DNA of 64,000 nucleotides from a virus (lineage: Duplodnaviria > Caudoviricetes). Location of the stretch: IMG/VR virus record IMGVR_UViG_2912765049_000001, positions 32,001 through 96,000 of that record, one strand, 5' to 3'. This document shows positions 19,056 through 27,929 of this stretch, one piece after another. The translations under genes were made by a program, and so were the position numbers. Every line of letters starts with the position of its first letter. Positions within the stretch are counted from its first letter, which is position 1. The notes beneath the pieces are model-generated. The model made no database searches. It was not told the DNA's origin and saw only the letters and a list, made by a program, of their open reading frames with translations.

Positions 19056-20564
19056 ATGACGGACACCGTGCTGGAGACGGCTACGGATGAGACGCTGCCG
19101 GAAGCCCTCGGCGCATGGCGGCTCGCCGAACTCCTGGCCGAGCGCCTCGACGCGAAGGTGACATCCGCCGACATCGAGGAGCTCGTCGCGCGCGGCCACC
19201 TGAAGGTCGCCGACTACTTCAAGCGGCGCCCGATCTACGCCGTGGCCGATGCACTCGCCCTCGACGCCGACCTCGTCCGCCGGGTCGTCACCGACCGCAC
19301 CGAGTGGCAGGCGGCCTCCCTCACACGGGACGAGGCCAGCGCCCGGATCGGCTGGCACTGGCGCGACATCCAGCGCATGGGCAGCGAAGGCCGCGTCACC
19401 GTCGGCAAGGACGGCCGCTATCTGACCGCCGACATCGACCGGTTGCCCGTCGAGGCCGACGGCGAGCAGTTCATCACCGCCCAGGCCGCCGCCGACGTCC
19501 TGGAGATCCGGCACCCGGCCGACTGGCGGTACGTAGAGGCCGCCGGGTGGGTACGGCCCGCGGACACGTACGAGCGCGAGGTCGGCCGGCACCGCACGGT
19601 CACGGTCGCGTTGTTCAGGCTGGCCGATGTACGAGCCGTACGGGAGATGCCCGGTGTGGACTGGGAATCGGCCCGGGGACTGCCCAAGGGGACGCCCTCC
19701 CCCTTGCGGGAGTACGCCCGGCTCGCCCCCACCCGCGCTGCCGTCGTGAAGGGGTTCGCGCAGGCCCTGGCCGACCGGCACGGCGTCGAGGTCTGGGCGT
19801 GGAACTCGCCCTATTCCGGGGCCTGGGAGCTGGACTGGGCACGTATCGACGGCGCCCCGACCAAGGACCAGGTCCGCCAGGAGCTGGCCGACGACCCCCA
19901 AGCCGCCTCCTACGCCGGCGAGATCACCCTCTGCCCGACATGGGGGCGCATCACCCGCAAGGCCCGCGAACTGCTGCAGCCCGACGTCGCTGTAATCCTT
20001 GATACAGAGACCACGAAGCTCTACGGGCAGACCGTCGAGATCGCGGTGATCGATGCGGCGACCGGGAAAAAGCTCATGGACACGCTCGTACGCCCGACCG
20101 AGAAGATCAGCCTCGGTGCGTACTGGGTGCATGGCATCTCCGATGACGATGTGGCCGACGCCAGGCCGTGGGAGAAGGTACTGCCCCGGCTGCGGAAGGT
20201 CACCAAGGACCGCGTCATCTGTGCCTACAACAGCGAGTTCGACTCGTCCGTCGTGGTCGGCGACACCCGCCGCGCCGGCAAGAAACCGCTCCACCTCGCC
20301 GACGACGCGAACTGGTACTGCCTGATGGAGGCGTACGCCCAATGGCTGGGCTCCTCCCGGTGGCGGCGCCTGGGCGGAAGTCACCGGGCAGCTGGCGACT
20401 GTGCCGCCGCGCGCGACGTGCTGGTGCGCATGTCCAAGGGCCGCGGCACCGCCTTCACCCCGCAGCAGCCCGGGCCCGGCGACCCGGTGCCCGGGCCGCC
20501 CGCCCAAACCGCCCTGGCCGCCACCGTGCCCGGACAGCTGGCCAGTGAGACGGCGCCCGCGTAG
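19056..20564 (+). CDS. DEDDh (DnaQ-like) 3'-5' exonuclease with N-terminal MerR/Xis-like HTH repeats
   Basis: ExoI ILDTETT, VHGI, ExoII AYNSEFD, ExoIII HRAAGDC. Confidence 0.9.
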   Translation: MTDTVLETATDETLPEALGAWRLAELLAERLDAKVTSADIEELVARGHLKVADYFKRRPIYAVADALALDADLVRRVVTDRTEWQAASLTRDEASARIGWHWRDIQRMGSEGRVTVGKDGRYLTADIDRLPVEADGEQFITAQAAADVLEIRHPADWRYVEAAGWVRPADTYEREVGRHRTVTVALFRLADVRAVREMPGVDWESARGLPKGTPSPLREYARLAPTRAAVVKGFAQALADRHGVEVWAWNSPYSGAWELDWARIDGAPTKDQVRQELADDPQAASYAGEITLCPTWGRITRKARELLQPDVAVILDTETTKLYGQTVEIAVIDAATGKKLMDTLVRPTEKISLGAYWVHGISDDDVADARPWEKVLPRLRKVTKDRVICAYNSEFDSSVVVGDTRRAGKKPLHLADDANWYCLMEAYAQWLGSSRWRRLGGSHRAAGDCAAARDVLVRMSKGRGTAFTPQQPGPGDPVPGPPAQTALAATVPGQLASETAPA

Positions 20565-20628
20565 CCGTTCCCGAACCGACACCCCAACCCCGTTGCACCA
20601 GCGGGGCGATACACGGGAACCTGGTCGG

Positions 20629-20743
20629 GCGCGAGGCTCTGCGCACCACGGGAGCGGGACCGGGCGGGTCTGCCGAGGCAGCCGCCACTGCAGCGGTCTC
20701 CGGTGTCACCGAGGGGTTCGAATCCCCTGCTGGGGCCTCGCGC
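20629..20743 (+). ncRNA. Candidate tRNA-like structured RNA (T-arm, no cloverleaf)
   Basis: Closing stem GCGCGAGGCTC/GGGCCTCGCGC; AGGGG-TTCGAAT-CCCCT T-arm; nested inner stems. Confidence 0.5.
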
Positions 20744-20817
20744 GTACCTCTTTCTGGCACCCGCCGGTAAATCCCTGCCCCGCCCACCCCGCGTGGCGTA
20801 GCCTGGGCACACACCGA

Positions 20818-20891
20818 CGCGCGGTGGAGCAGCTCGGTAGCTCGCTGGGCTCATAACCCAGAGGTCGCTGGTTCAAATCCGGCCCGCGCTA
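20818..20891 (+). tRNA. tRNA-Met(CAT), initiator type
   Basis: Full cloverleaf; C1:U72 mismatch; GGG/CCC anticodon stem; TTCAAAT loop; CCA not encoded; upstream CTGCCC-18-TAGCCT promoter-like. Confidence 0.95.
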
Positions 20892-20896
20892 CGAGA

Positions 20897-20929
20897 TCCG
20901 GCCCCCCAACATCATGTTGGGGGGTCGGA
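20897..20929. terminator. Terminator hairpin after tRNA
   Basis: TCCGGCCCCCCAACA...TGTTGGGGGGTCGGA. Confidence 0.75.
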
Positions 20930-20947
20930 GTTGTCAGGTGGCGATTC

Positions 20948-21217
20948 CTACGCGCTGACCGTGGCCGTCGCGGATGCAGAGGTCGCGATGCGCATCCCAC
21001 TGCCGTCGTACTCCACGACTTCGCCCGGCAGGATCAACAGCCCCGGCTCGCCGTCCTCCCACGCCGAACCAACCCGGCGCACCTGTACCGCCGGGCCCCG
21101 CGCGCCGGCCATGAACACCGTCGGGTCGACCTCCCAGCCGTGCTGAGCAAGCCACGCCTCCAGAGCCGCGGAGTCCTCGCTGCTCGCCCCCCGCGGCCAC
21201 TCGTACGTACACGTCAC
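20948..21217 (-). CDS. Hypothetical protein
   Basis: GGGGGA RBS + GTG; plausible composition. Confidence 0.55.
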   Translation of the reverse strand: MTCTYEWPRGASSEDSAALEAWLAQHGWEVDPTVFMAGARGPAVQVRRVGSAWEDGEPGLLILPGEVVEYDGSGMRIATSASATATVSA

Positions 21218-21420
21218 TGCCGTTCCCCCAGTCCGTAAGCGGATCCGCGGCCGATCCTGCCATCGCGCACCGACAGGCCAGCCGACACCGCCTGCCGCCC
21301 TACACCCCGCAATGCCTGCGAACAGGAGGAGAATCCGGGGCCTCTGTGCCGCATTCGCAGGCGTGTCCGCGCGGCGGTGCCTTCGAAACATCGGCCCGAC
21401 AGCTGTGGCGGGCGATCGGT

Positions 21421-21678
21421 TCACGCTTCCCGGTGGATCACCAGGCCGCCGTCCTTCGTCCAGGTCCGCAGCGGTTCCCGCACCCCGCCGGCCTCCGCCC
21501 ACAAGGTGATCGTCACCCCGGCCATGCTGCCGTGCGAGCCCACGAAGCCGAGGAACTTCTCCAACGCCACGGCGCCGTCCGTCCACGTGCCCGTCACGGC
21601 CGGGCCGTCCTTCCGGAAGGTCACCGCGACATGGAACTCCTCGGCCTCGACCGGCTGTCCGGGGGCGGGACCGATCAC
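21421..21678 (-). CDS. Hypothetical protein coupled to recombinase
   Basis: GTGA overlap, GC3 bias. Confidence 0.65.
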   Translation of the reverse strand: MIGPAPGQPVEAEEFHVAVTFRKDGPAVTGTWTDGAVALEKFLGFVGSHGSMAGVTITLWAEAGGVREPLRTWTKDGGLVIHREA

Positions 21679-22862
21679 TGCTGGGCCGCCTCGGCGCGCC
21701 GCTTCTCCGCCACCTTGTGCCAGGGGTTCTCCGCCCTCGTCTGGGCGCGGTCCAGGTACTCCTTCTTGACCGTGGCGGAGCCCTCTTTCCACCGGCCCTG
21801 CTTGGTCGGGTCCCCGCCCGCGTCCGCGATCTCCTGAGCGCCGCCGCGCCGCAGCCCGTGCGCGGTGATCTTGTGCCAGTCCTTCAGGCCCGCCTTGTAC
21901 GCCCGGCCGCGTACCCAGTCGTTGACGGCGTCGCCGGTGACGTAGTCGCCCCGCAGGGTCGCCGTGGACCGGTTCTGTAGCGTGCCGGCCGACGTCAGGG
22001 CGCGCAGCAGCGGTCCGTTGCGGACGCCGAGGCGGTGCAGGCAGTTCAGCCAGTCCCGTACGGCCTCCACCGGGTCGTAGAGCGGGTTGTCCGGGTCCGC
22101 GGGGATCCACGTCTCCTGGCCCTCGGCCGCCTGGTCTGTTTTGGAGAAGGCGACCCACTCGGCGATGCCGTCCTCCTCGACCTCCACGTCCTCGATGTCC
22201 AGGTCGGCCAGCTCGATACGCCGGTTGAGCGCGGCCCGGCCGATCAGCAGCGCGCACCGGTCCCGCAGGCCGATCGGGTGGCGCAGGTCGCAGGTGCCGA
22301 CCATGGCCTCCAGCATCGGCCGGGTGATGGGCGGCGCCTTGCGGACCCGGTTGCGCTTGCCCCAGTCCTTGCGGTGCTCGTTGAGCATGCCGCGGGCCTC
22401 GGTGTTGTCCGGCTTCAGGTCCGGCGGCATCCAGGTCCGGACGCCGCTCATGTAGGTGCTGATGGTGTTCGGGGACATGTCCCGGGCGATCATCCCGGCG
22501 ACCCACTCGACGTACGTCGCCGTCGTGCACGGCCGGGCGACTCGCCCCATGGCCTCGCACCACTCGGCGAACAGGCGCCGCTGGTTGGTGTAGTTGCGGT
22601 TGGTGTTCTTCGGCTTGGACTTGTTCTGCAGCCGCTCGGCGGTCGCCGGGGACACCTCGAAGTCGCGCCGCGTGTACGAGGGGGCGTCTGCCCGGGTCGC
22701 CAGGTCCTGGCCGGGGTAGAGGATCGTGTGTCGGTCCACCGGGGGCTTGGCGGGTGCCGCCGGGGTGAGGGTGGTGGGCAGCAGTTCGTCGTCGACGATC
22801 TCGGCGTCGACCACCTCGACGACTTCGAGGTCTGCGCCTTCGGTGTCGTGGGCCGTGGTCAT
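21675..22862 (-). CDS. Cre-like tyrosine recombinase (probable multimer resolvase)
   Basis: LRDRCALL...NRRIELA, SKTDQ, HGLRRGGA, QGRW...EY (W in place of second His, as in Cre). Confidence 0.9.
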   Translation of the reverse strand: MTTAHDTEGADLEVVEVVDAEIVDDELLPTTLTPAAPAKPPVDRHTILYPGQDLATRADAPSYTRRDFEVSPATAERLQNKSKPKNTNRNYTNQRRLFAEWCEAMGRVARPCTTATYVEWVAGMIARDMSPNTISTYMSGVRTWMPPDLKPDNTEARGMLNEHRKDWGKRNRVRKAPPITRPMLEAMVGTCDLRHPIGLRDRCALLIGRAALNRRIELADLDIEDVEVEEDGIAEWVAFSKTDQAAEGQETWIPADPDNPLYDPVEAVRDWLNCLHRLGVRNGPLLRALTSAGTLQNRSTATLRGDYVTGDAVNDWVRGRAYKAGLKDWHKITAHGLRRGGAQEIADAGGDPTKQGRWKEGSATVKKEYLDRAQTRAENPWHKVAEKRRAEAAQQ

Positions 22863-23009
22863 GGCGTCACCGAGCCGCGGCCGGGGCGGGAGCGACGGGC
22901 ATGGGTGGGCAGCCTTTCGGGAGCGGGCGGCGCCGGGAGCAGGCGCTTCCTTACTAGTTGATCACTGTTTGTGCTGGTAAGCGGTGTGTTGGGCGGCACA
23001 CCGCGCCGG

Positions 23010-23375
23010 TCAGTGTGTTGCGCTGGGGTCCCGGTTCTCCTCCACGACCAGGTCCCGCCAGGTCGGGGCGAACTCGGCGGTGTAGTCCGGGTGTTCGTGC
23101 CAGCGCCGGGCGATGTGGCGCAGCATCTCCCACGCCTCCTCCGCGCGGGTCTGCCGCACCGCCTGGTCGGTGTGTGTCCGGATGCCGGTGCGCATCAGGT
23201 CGCCGGCGGCTGCTGCCCGGCTGGCCAGGTACTGCAGGGCGTCCAGCGCGAGTGCGGTATCGCTCCCGGCAGGCACGCCGCGGCGGGCTTCCTCCAAGCG
23301 GGCCTGAACGAAGGAGTCGATGCGGTCGTACAGCTCCGGGAGCATCGGGTGCCGTACGTCGGCGGAGGCGGCCAT
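23010..23375 (-). CDS. Hypothetical protein (DUF6221-like C-terminus)
   Basis: LRHIARRWHEHPDY; GGAGGG RBS. Confidence 0.65.
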   Translation of the reverse strand: MAASADVRHPMLPELYDRIDSFVQARLEEARRGVPAGSDTALALDALQYLASRAAAAGDLMRTGIRTHTDQAVRQTRAEEAWEMLRHIARRWHEHPDYTAEFAPTWRDLVVEENRDPSATH

Positions 23376-23377
23376 GC

Positions 23378-23974
23378 TCAACTCCCCTCCGGCTGGGCCT
23401 GGTCGGTTGGGTGGCCGATGGACGGCTCGCGCTGGGTGAGGACGACGGCGACGGACTCGAGCACCCGCCAGGCGAGGTGGTGCAGTTCGCCATCGTGTCC
23501 GGTGATGCTGTCCGCCGACCCGGCCTCCCGGCTGTCGAGGGCCAGGCGCAGCGCGTCGGACGTCATCGCGAGGCGCCCCAGGGCCTGGTCCTCGTCGTAC
23601 GCGGCCGGGGTGGGATCGTCGGGGAGCCCCTCGAGAAGCCGCCGCAGGTCGGCGTCGGGGACCGTGGTCGTCGGCCGGTTGTCGAGCAGGGCGCCGCGGA
23701 GCGTCTCGGCGAGGGGGACCGCCCGCGGCGGGATGCGGTCCGGGTCGGCGCGGCGCGCGGCGAGGAAGCGGCTGAAGACATCGGGGTCGAAGGTCATGGG
23801 CAGTCCTTGTTCGGCCGCCGCCAGCGCCGCGGCGGAAATGCCGTGGGCGTGGCGGCAGTTGGGGTCCTGGCAGGCGTGCAGGTCGCCCGCGGGCCAGTAA
23901 TACAGCGGGGTGCCGTGGACGGGGCAGCGGCAGGCAGCGCCGCACCAGTGAGTCTGGCGTACGGCGGCCGTCAC
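23378..23974 (-). CDS. Hypothetical protein with N-terminal Zn-ribbon
   Basis: CPVHG...CQDPNC; GTGA coupling. Confidence 0.65.
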   Translation of the reverse strand: MTAAVRQTHWCGAACRCPVHGTPLYYWPAGDLHACQDPNCRHAHGISAAALAAAEQGLPMTFDPDVFSRFLAARRADPDRIPPRAVPLAETLRGALLDNRPTTTVPDADLRRLLEGLPDDPTPAAYDEDQALGRLAMTSDALRLALDSREAGSADSITGHDGELHHLAWRVLESVAVVLTQREPSIGHPTDQAQPEGS

Positions 23975-24459
23975 CGGGAGCCCGAGGCGATGTTCTGGGC
24001 GCCGGCCACGCCCTCGCTCAGTGCGGTGAGTTCGCGGCGTACGTCCTCGTGCTCGGCGGTGCCCACCAGTGCGGCGGACAGCATCTGCGCGACCGGGTCA
24101 GTGGTCGGGTGCTCGCCCCGGTGGATGGCGCGCAGCCGGTGGAGGCTGACGACGTCCCAGGCGCGGTCGCTGGACTCCCGTACGGCCTCGGTCGCCTCAC
24201 GCGCGGTCTGGAGTGAGCGCAGGAAGTCGACCAGGTCGTGGCTCTGGAGGTGCTCGCGCACCCTGGTCTCCAGCTCGGCCGGGTCGCTGGGGTGGGTGAC
24301 GGGGTCGTCGTGGTGCCAGTCGCAGTCGTCCAGCGGGCAGGCGACGCAGGTCCAACCGGCGCTGAACAGGGCCCGGCTGTAGTGCGGGGCCCGGCCGCGG
24401 TCGGCTTTCCACCTGCCGGCGTGCTCGGCCGCCTGGAGCGCGGCGGTCGCGTCGCTCAT
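23971..24459 (-). CDS. Hypothetical protein, C2H2-like motif
   Basis: CPLDDC...HLQSH; AAGGAG RBS. Confidence 0.7.
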   Translation of the reverse strand: MSDATAALQAAEHAGRWKADRGRAPHYSRALFSAGWTCVACPLDDCDWHHDDPVTHPSDPAELETRVREHLQSHDLVDFLRSLQTAREATEAVRESSDRAWDVVSLHRLRAIHRGEHPTTDPVAQMLSAALVGTAEHEDVRRELTALSEGVAGAQNIASGSR

Positions 24460-24473
24460 CTCGGCGTGCTCCT

Positions 24474-24806
24474 TCATTCGGGGGCGGGAAGGCCGACGAG
24501 GTGGCGTGGAGGCTCGTCGTCGCCGTAGGCCAGGGCGAGTTGGTGGATGACGGCGGTGAGGCCGGGCAGCAGGGTCCGCGCACCGCTCTCGTTGGGCAGG
24601 GTGAAGCCCTCGAGGTCGAAGTTCAGCGCCCAGGACTGCAGGAAGCTGTCGTCGCGCCGGGCCTGGGCGGAGGCCGCCTTGTACAGGTCGAGGATGCGCA
24701 GCACCGCCTTGTGCAGCTCGGGCGCCTCGCCGGCCGGGGTGTTGGCGATCGTCTCGCGCAGCCAGGCGGCGGTCTCGGCCGTCCGGTCCGGCAGGGGGTC
24801 CGTCAC
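24474..24806 (-). CDS. Hypothetical protein
   Basis: GGAG RBS, GC3 bias. Confidence 0.7.
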   Translation of the reverse strand: MTDPLPDRTAETAAWLRETIANTPAGEAPELHKAVLRILDLYKAASAQARRDDSFLQSWALNFDLEGFTLPNESGARTLLPGLTAVIHQLALAYGDDEPPRHLVGLPAPE

Positions 24807-24881
24807 TGCATCTCCATTCGCTTCGCGGGGGCCGTGCGTGGCCGCCGGTCCCCCGCGCAGAATCGCTCTGGGACAAGCAGC

Positions 24882-24905
24882 CTCGTATAAGGGAATTTAT
24901 ACGAG
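24882..24905. promoter_or_regulatory. AT-rich inverted repeat CTCGTATAA-N6-TTATACGAG
   Basis: Perfect 9-bp arms upstream of the leftward 24806 operon. Confidence 0.6.
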
Positions 24906-24910
24906 CCTGA

Positions 24911-25051
24911 TTACGGCTTGGTGCCGAACAGGGCCTCCAACACGCGTAAGGCCCGCTCGCGCACCGCCGGATCCGGATGCGACACCGCCACCACCAGGAC
25001 CAGCGCGACGGTGAAGGGCAGAACGGCCAGGGCGGAAGGTGTGATCTCCAT
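24911..25051 (-). CDS. 46-aa hydrophobic peptide
   Basis: MEITPSALAVLPFTVALVLVVAVSHPDPAVRERALRVLEALFGTKP. Confidence 0.5.
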   Translation of the reverse strand: MEITPSALAVLPFTVALVLVVAVSHPDPAVRERALRVLEALFGTKP

Positions 25052-25253
25052 GCCGTCGAACGTAGGGTGCGGTGCTGTCGCGCTGGAAGACGTGCAGCTG
25101 TAGCGAGTTGTAGCGGAATACGCGCTACAGCTGTCGCGCAGTTGCGCGACACCGGAATTCACCCGATCGGGGCGCGCGCCGTGGGCTGACGCAGCCGCCG
25201 GGCGTCAGTAGCCTGGCAACGCCAGGCCCCGCTCGGGCCACCGGGCACCAAGT

Positions 25254-25502
25254 TCACCGTCGGGAACTCGCGTCGGTCCGCCGCGGCGGCAGCGGGAACA
25301 CGGCCGGCACGATGCGGAACAGCGCCACCGGCCACGCCACCAGCAGCAGGGCCACCAGGCCGGGCAGGTTGTGCTCCAGGCCCCACAGGTCCGGGCTCGA
25401 ACTCGCCGATCCCGCCGGGCGGTTCTTCACGAAGAACACGGTGACGGCCGACATCACCAGCCAGTTGGCGAGCCAGAGCATCAGCAGCGCGGAAGGCGTC
25501 AT
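25254..25502 (-). CDS. Small two-TM membrane protein
   Basis: Two hydrophobic segments, GC3 bias. Confidence 0.55.
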   Translation of the reverse strand: MTPSALLMLWLANWLVMSAVTVFFVKNRPAGSASSSPDLWGLEHNLPGLVALLLVAWPVALFRIVPAVFPLPPRRTDASSRR

Positions 25503-25754
25503 GGGATGAACCTACCCGCGCTGGCGCCTGCTGTGGCCCTTGCCGTACAGGTGGGTTGGAGCCACCCGATTGGGTGTCCGCTCCGGCACTCGCGAAGATC
25601 GAAAAGCCGCTGGCGGCTCTCTCGCGGCCTGGCAGTCCCTCCGGCACCGCGCCATACCGGCGACTGCGAGTTCGGCCGCGCACGGTGCCGTTCTGGAGGC
25701 CGATTTTCGCCCGATTCCCCGAAATTGATCTTTCCGGCGCGGGGCTCGACTTCC

Positions 25755-25779
25755 ACATTACAACGTTGCGTTGTAATGT
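25755..25779. promoter_or_regulatory. Inverted repeat ACATTACAACG-N3-CGTTGTAATGT over a -10-like TAATGT
   Basis: Perfect 11-bp arms about 40 bp before ATG 25818. Confidence 0.7.
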
Positions 25780-25817
25780 TGGGCTTAGCGAAGACAGATC
25801 GACGCAAGGAGCACCCG

Positions 25818-26141
25818 ATGGAGACTCAGCACTGCCCCTCGACGTACAGCCGGGAGCGGGAGGACGACCGCACCACCTACACCTGCATCCGGGAGGCGGG
25901 GCACCCCGGAACGCACAAGGCGGGTCTCACCGAGATGGTCACCTGCTACTCGGCGTACCGCGAGCCCATCCAGGTCGAGGCGGAGATCGGCTGGGCGGAC
26001 TGGGAGGCGTTCCTCGCGGCGCAGCGCACCGCGCCCGACGACCGGCTGCTGGAGCTCGGCGCGGCTCTGGTCGACAAGCACGACTTCTACGAGGACATGC
26101 TCACCCGGCAGCCTCGCTACGCGGCGCTGACCTCCGCCTGA
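25818..26141 (+). CDS. Hypothetical protein
   Basis: AAGGAG RBS; C...CxxxxGHxGxH motif. Confidence 0.75.
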   Translation: METQHCPSTYSREREDDRTTYTCIREAGHPGTHKAGLTEMVTCYSAYREPIQVEAEIGWADWEAFLAAQRTAPDDRLLELGAALVDKHDFYEDMLTRQPRYAALTSA

Positions 26142-26155
26142 TGACCCCGTACCCG

Positions 26156-26191
26156 CGGCGGTGCCCCGACGACCACGTCGGGGCACCGCCG
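26156..26191. terminator. Terminator hairpin
   Basis: Perfect 16-bp arms, 4-nt loop. Confidence 0.75.
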
Positions 26192-26247
26192 TTGCCGATG
26201 AACGGGCCGCCCCGGATCTCACGCACTGGTCCACGGCGTCGAGCCCG

Positions 26248-26266
26248 GTGATTGCGGCGCAATCGC
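26248..26266. promoter_or_regulatory. Palindromic site GTGATTGC-N3-GCAATCGC, copy 3
   Basis: One mismatch; lies between convergent genes. Confidence 0.65.
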
Positions 26267-26346
26267 AGGTCGCCCGCCGTGGCGAACTCTGCGCCCTCCT
26301 CTGGGAGTACGCCGCGCGAAACCACGATGACCTTCCCAAGAACAAG

Positions 26347-27183
26347 CTACTTCGACCACCCGGGCCCGGTGCCCGCTGCGGGAGCACCCACCTCCAAGTG
26401 GTCAACGCCTTGACCACCCTCGGCCAGGGCGCGCCGCACCAGAGGCAGCGACAGTACTCCGCAGGTCCGCCGGCCCAGCTCGCGCTTCCCCGCGCCCGCC
26501 GCGTGTTCGGCGCGCAGCGCTTCGCCGAGGCGCTCGAGGGCCCGAGCCTCTGCGTCCCGTGCCGCCCGAACCTCCTCCAGAGCTTCGTCCACGCTCAGTG
26601 GGTGGTCAACGCCTTCACCACCCGCTTCCTGCACCGTTTCTGGCCCCTGGCCCTTCTCCGGTGCGCCGCGTCCCGGCGGATCATCCCGGCCCTTAAAGGG
26701 CCCGTACCGGAAGCGCCGCTCGCCGGTCAGCTCTTCTTCGTGGGCGTCGACCAGCTTCCGCAGCCGGGTCTCGTACCAGTCGGTGAAGATGTCCTCCACC
26801 TCCCAGTCCCGCGCCCGCGGCCATCCGGCGTCCTCCTCCAGGGCAGCCATGAACGCCTTGTAGAGCGGATGTCCCCACTGGCGCGGGTGCTTACCGCAGT
26901 CCTGCTCACATACCGCACACAGCACCGGCCACGGGTCCTTGAAGACGCCCTGGGGGAAGTCGTCGGACATCACCGATACGGCCAGCACCCCGGCCTCGGG
27001 GCGCGCGGCATCGACGAGGATCTGCATCGACGGACCGGGCAGCCACGCCTGCACCAAGGTGCCCCCGCACTTTGGGCAGTACGGAACCGATGGATCCAGG
27101 CCGCGGCGGCGGCGCACCTCCGCCCCTGCGCTCGCTTGCCTCCCACGCCGCTTCGACCTCTTCCGCGCCCGCGCCTTCGCCAT
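26347..27183 (-). CDS. Hypothetical protein with Zn-ribbon
   Basis: GGAGG RBS; CPKC...CAVC. Confidence 0.65.
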   Translation of the reverse strand: MAKARARKRSKRRGRQASAGAEVRRRRGLDPSVPYCPKCGGTLVQAWLPGPSMQILVDAARPEAGVLAVSVMSDDFPQGVFKDPWPVLCAVCEQDCGKHPRQWGHPLYKAFMAALEEDAGWPRARDWEVEDIFTDWYETRLRKLVDAHEEELTGERRFRYGPFKGRDDPPGRGAPEKGQGPETVQEAGGEGVDHPLSVDEALEEVRAARDAEARALERLGEALRAEHAAGAGKRELGRRTCGVLSLPLVRRALAEGGQGVDHLEVGAPAAGTGPGWSK

Positions 27184-27233
27184 CGGCCACCTCCGGCGCC
27201 ACAGCCTAGAAGCCTGTCGCCGTCCGGACGGCC

Positions 27234-27848
27234 ATGATGGGGGACGTGAACCCCCGTGACCTCGAACTCACCCTCGCCGCCGCCCGCGCGGTCGGACCCT
27301 GCCCGCCCGGCGAGGAGGCCGCGTGGACCGAGCAGGTCCGCGCCCGGGCGGTCCACCTCTACACCCTCGCCGACACCGTCAGCGGAGACCTCCAACGCCT
27401 CGACTCCGCAAAGCAGTTCACGGCCACCCTGCTGACCGTGCGCGTCGAGGCCACCAGCACCCGCGGCATCCTCGTCGTACGCAACACCTCCGGCGAACTC
27501 GAGCGCCTGCGCACCGACCGCGGCGACAGCGACGCCGGCCGGGCGATGATTGAGCGGGCCCGGGCCCTGGTGGGGCACCGGCTGCGGGTGTACCGCCTCA
27601 ACGAACAGATGGCCTCCAACGCCAAGCTGCAGGTCCGCACCGTCGTCCACCTCACCGACCACGGCCCGGACACCGACCCGATCCACGAGCACAGCGCCAA
27701 GGACAACGTGCTGGCCGCCGCCGAGGGCGACAAGGACGCCGCCCGCCGGGCCTGGCAGGACGCCGGGCTGCCCGAGACCGGCTCGGTGTCCGTGTCCCAA
27801 CTCGCCGCCGCCCTGGCCCAGCTTCCCGCCGCGGAGGACACACCGTAG
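27234..27848 (+). CDS. Hypothetical protein
   Basis: Strong GC3 bias. Confidence 0.75.
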   Translation: MMGDVNPRDLELTLAAARAVGPCPPGEEAAWTEQVRARAVHLYTLADTVSGDLQRLDSAKQFTATLLTVRVEATSTRGILVVRNTSGELERLRTDRGDSDAGRAMIERARALVGHRLRVYRLNEQMASNAKLQVRTVVHLTDHGPDTDPIHEHSAKDNVLAAAEGDKDAARRAWQDAGLPETGSVSVSQLAAALAQLPAAEDTP

Positions 27849-27871
27849 AGCCGGACCCGGCCCTACGATGG

Positions 27872-27916
27872 CGGCCTGGGTCCGGCCCCGATACCTGCGG
27901 GGCCGGACCCAGGCCG
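27872..27916. terminator. Bidirectional terminator
   Basis: 19-bp perfect arms between convergent genes. Confidence 0.75.
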
Positions 27917-27929
27917 TTGTTGCCGGGCG

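Noticed and set aside
20712-20891. tRNA plus second T-arm as attL/attR for the nearby recombinase
   Set aside because: The two T-arms differ in sequence, no duplicated tRNA 3' end is seen, and both flanks are element-like
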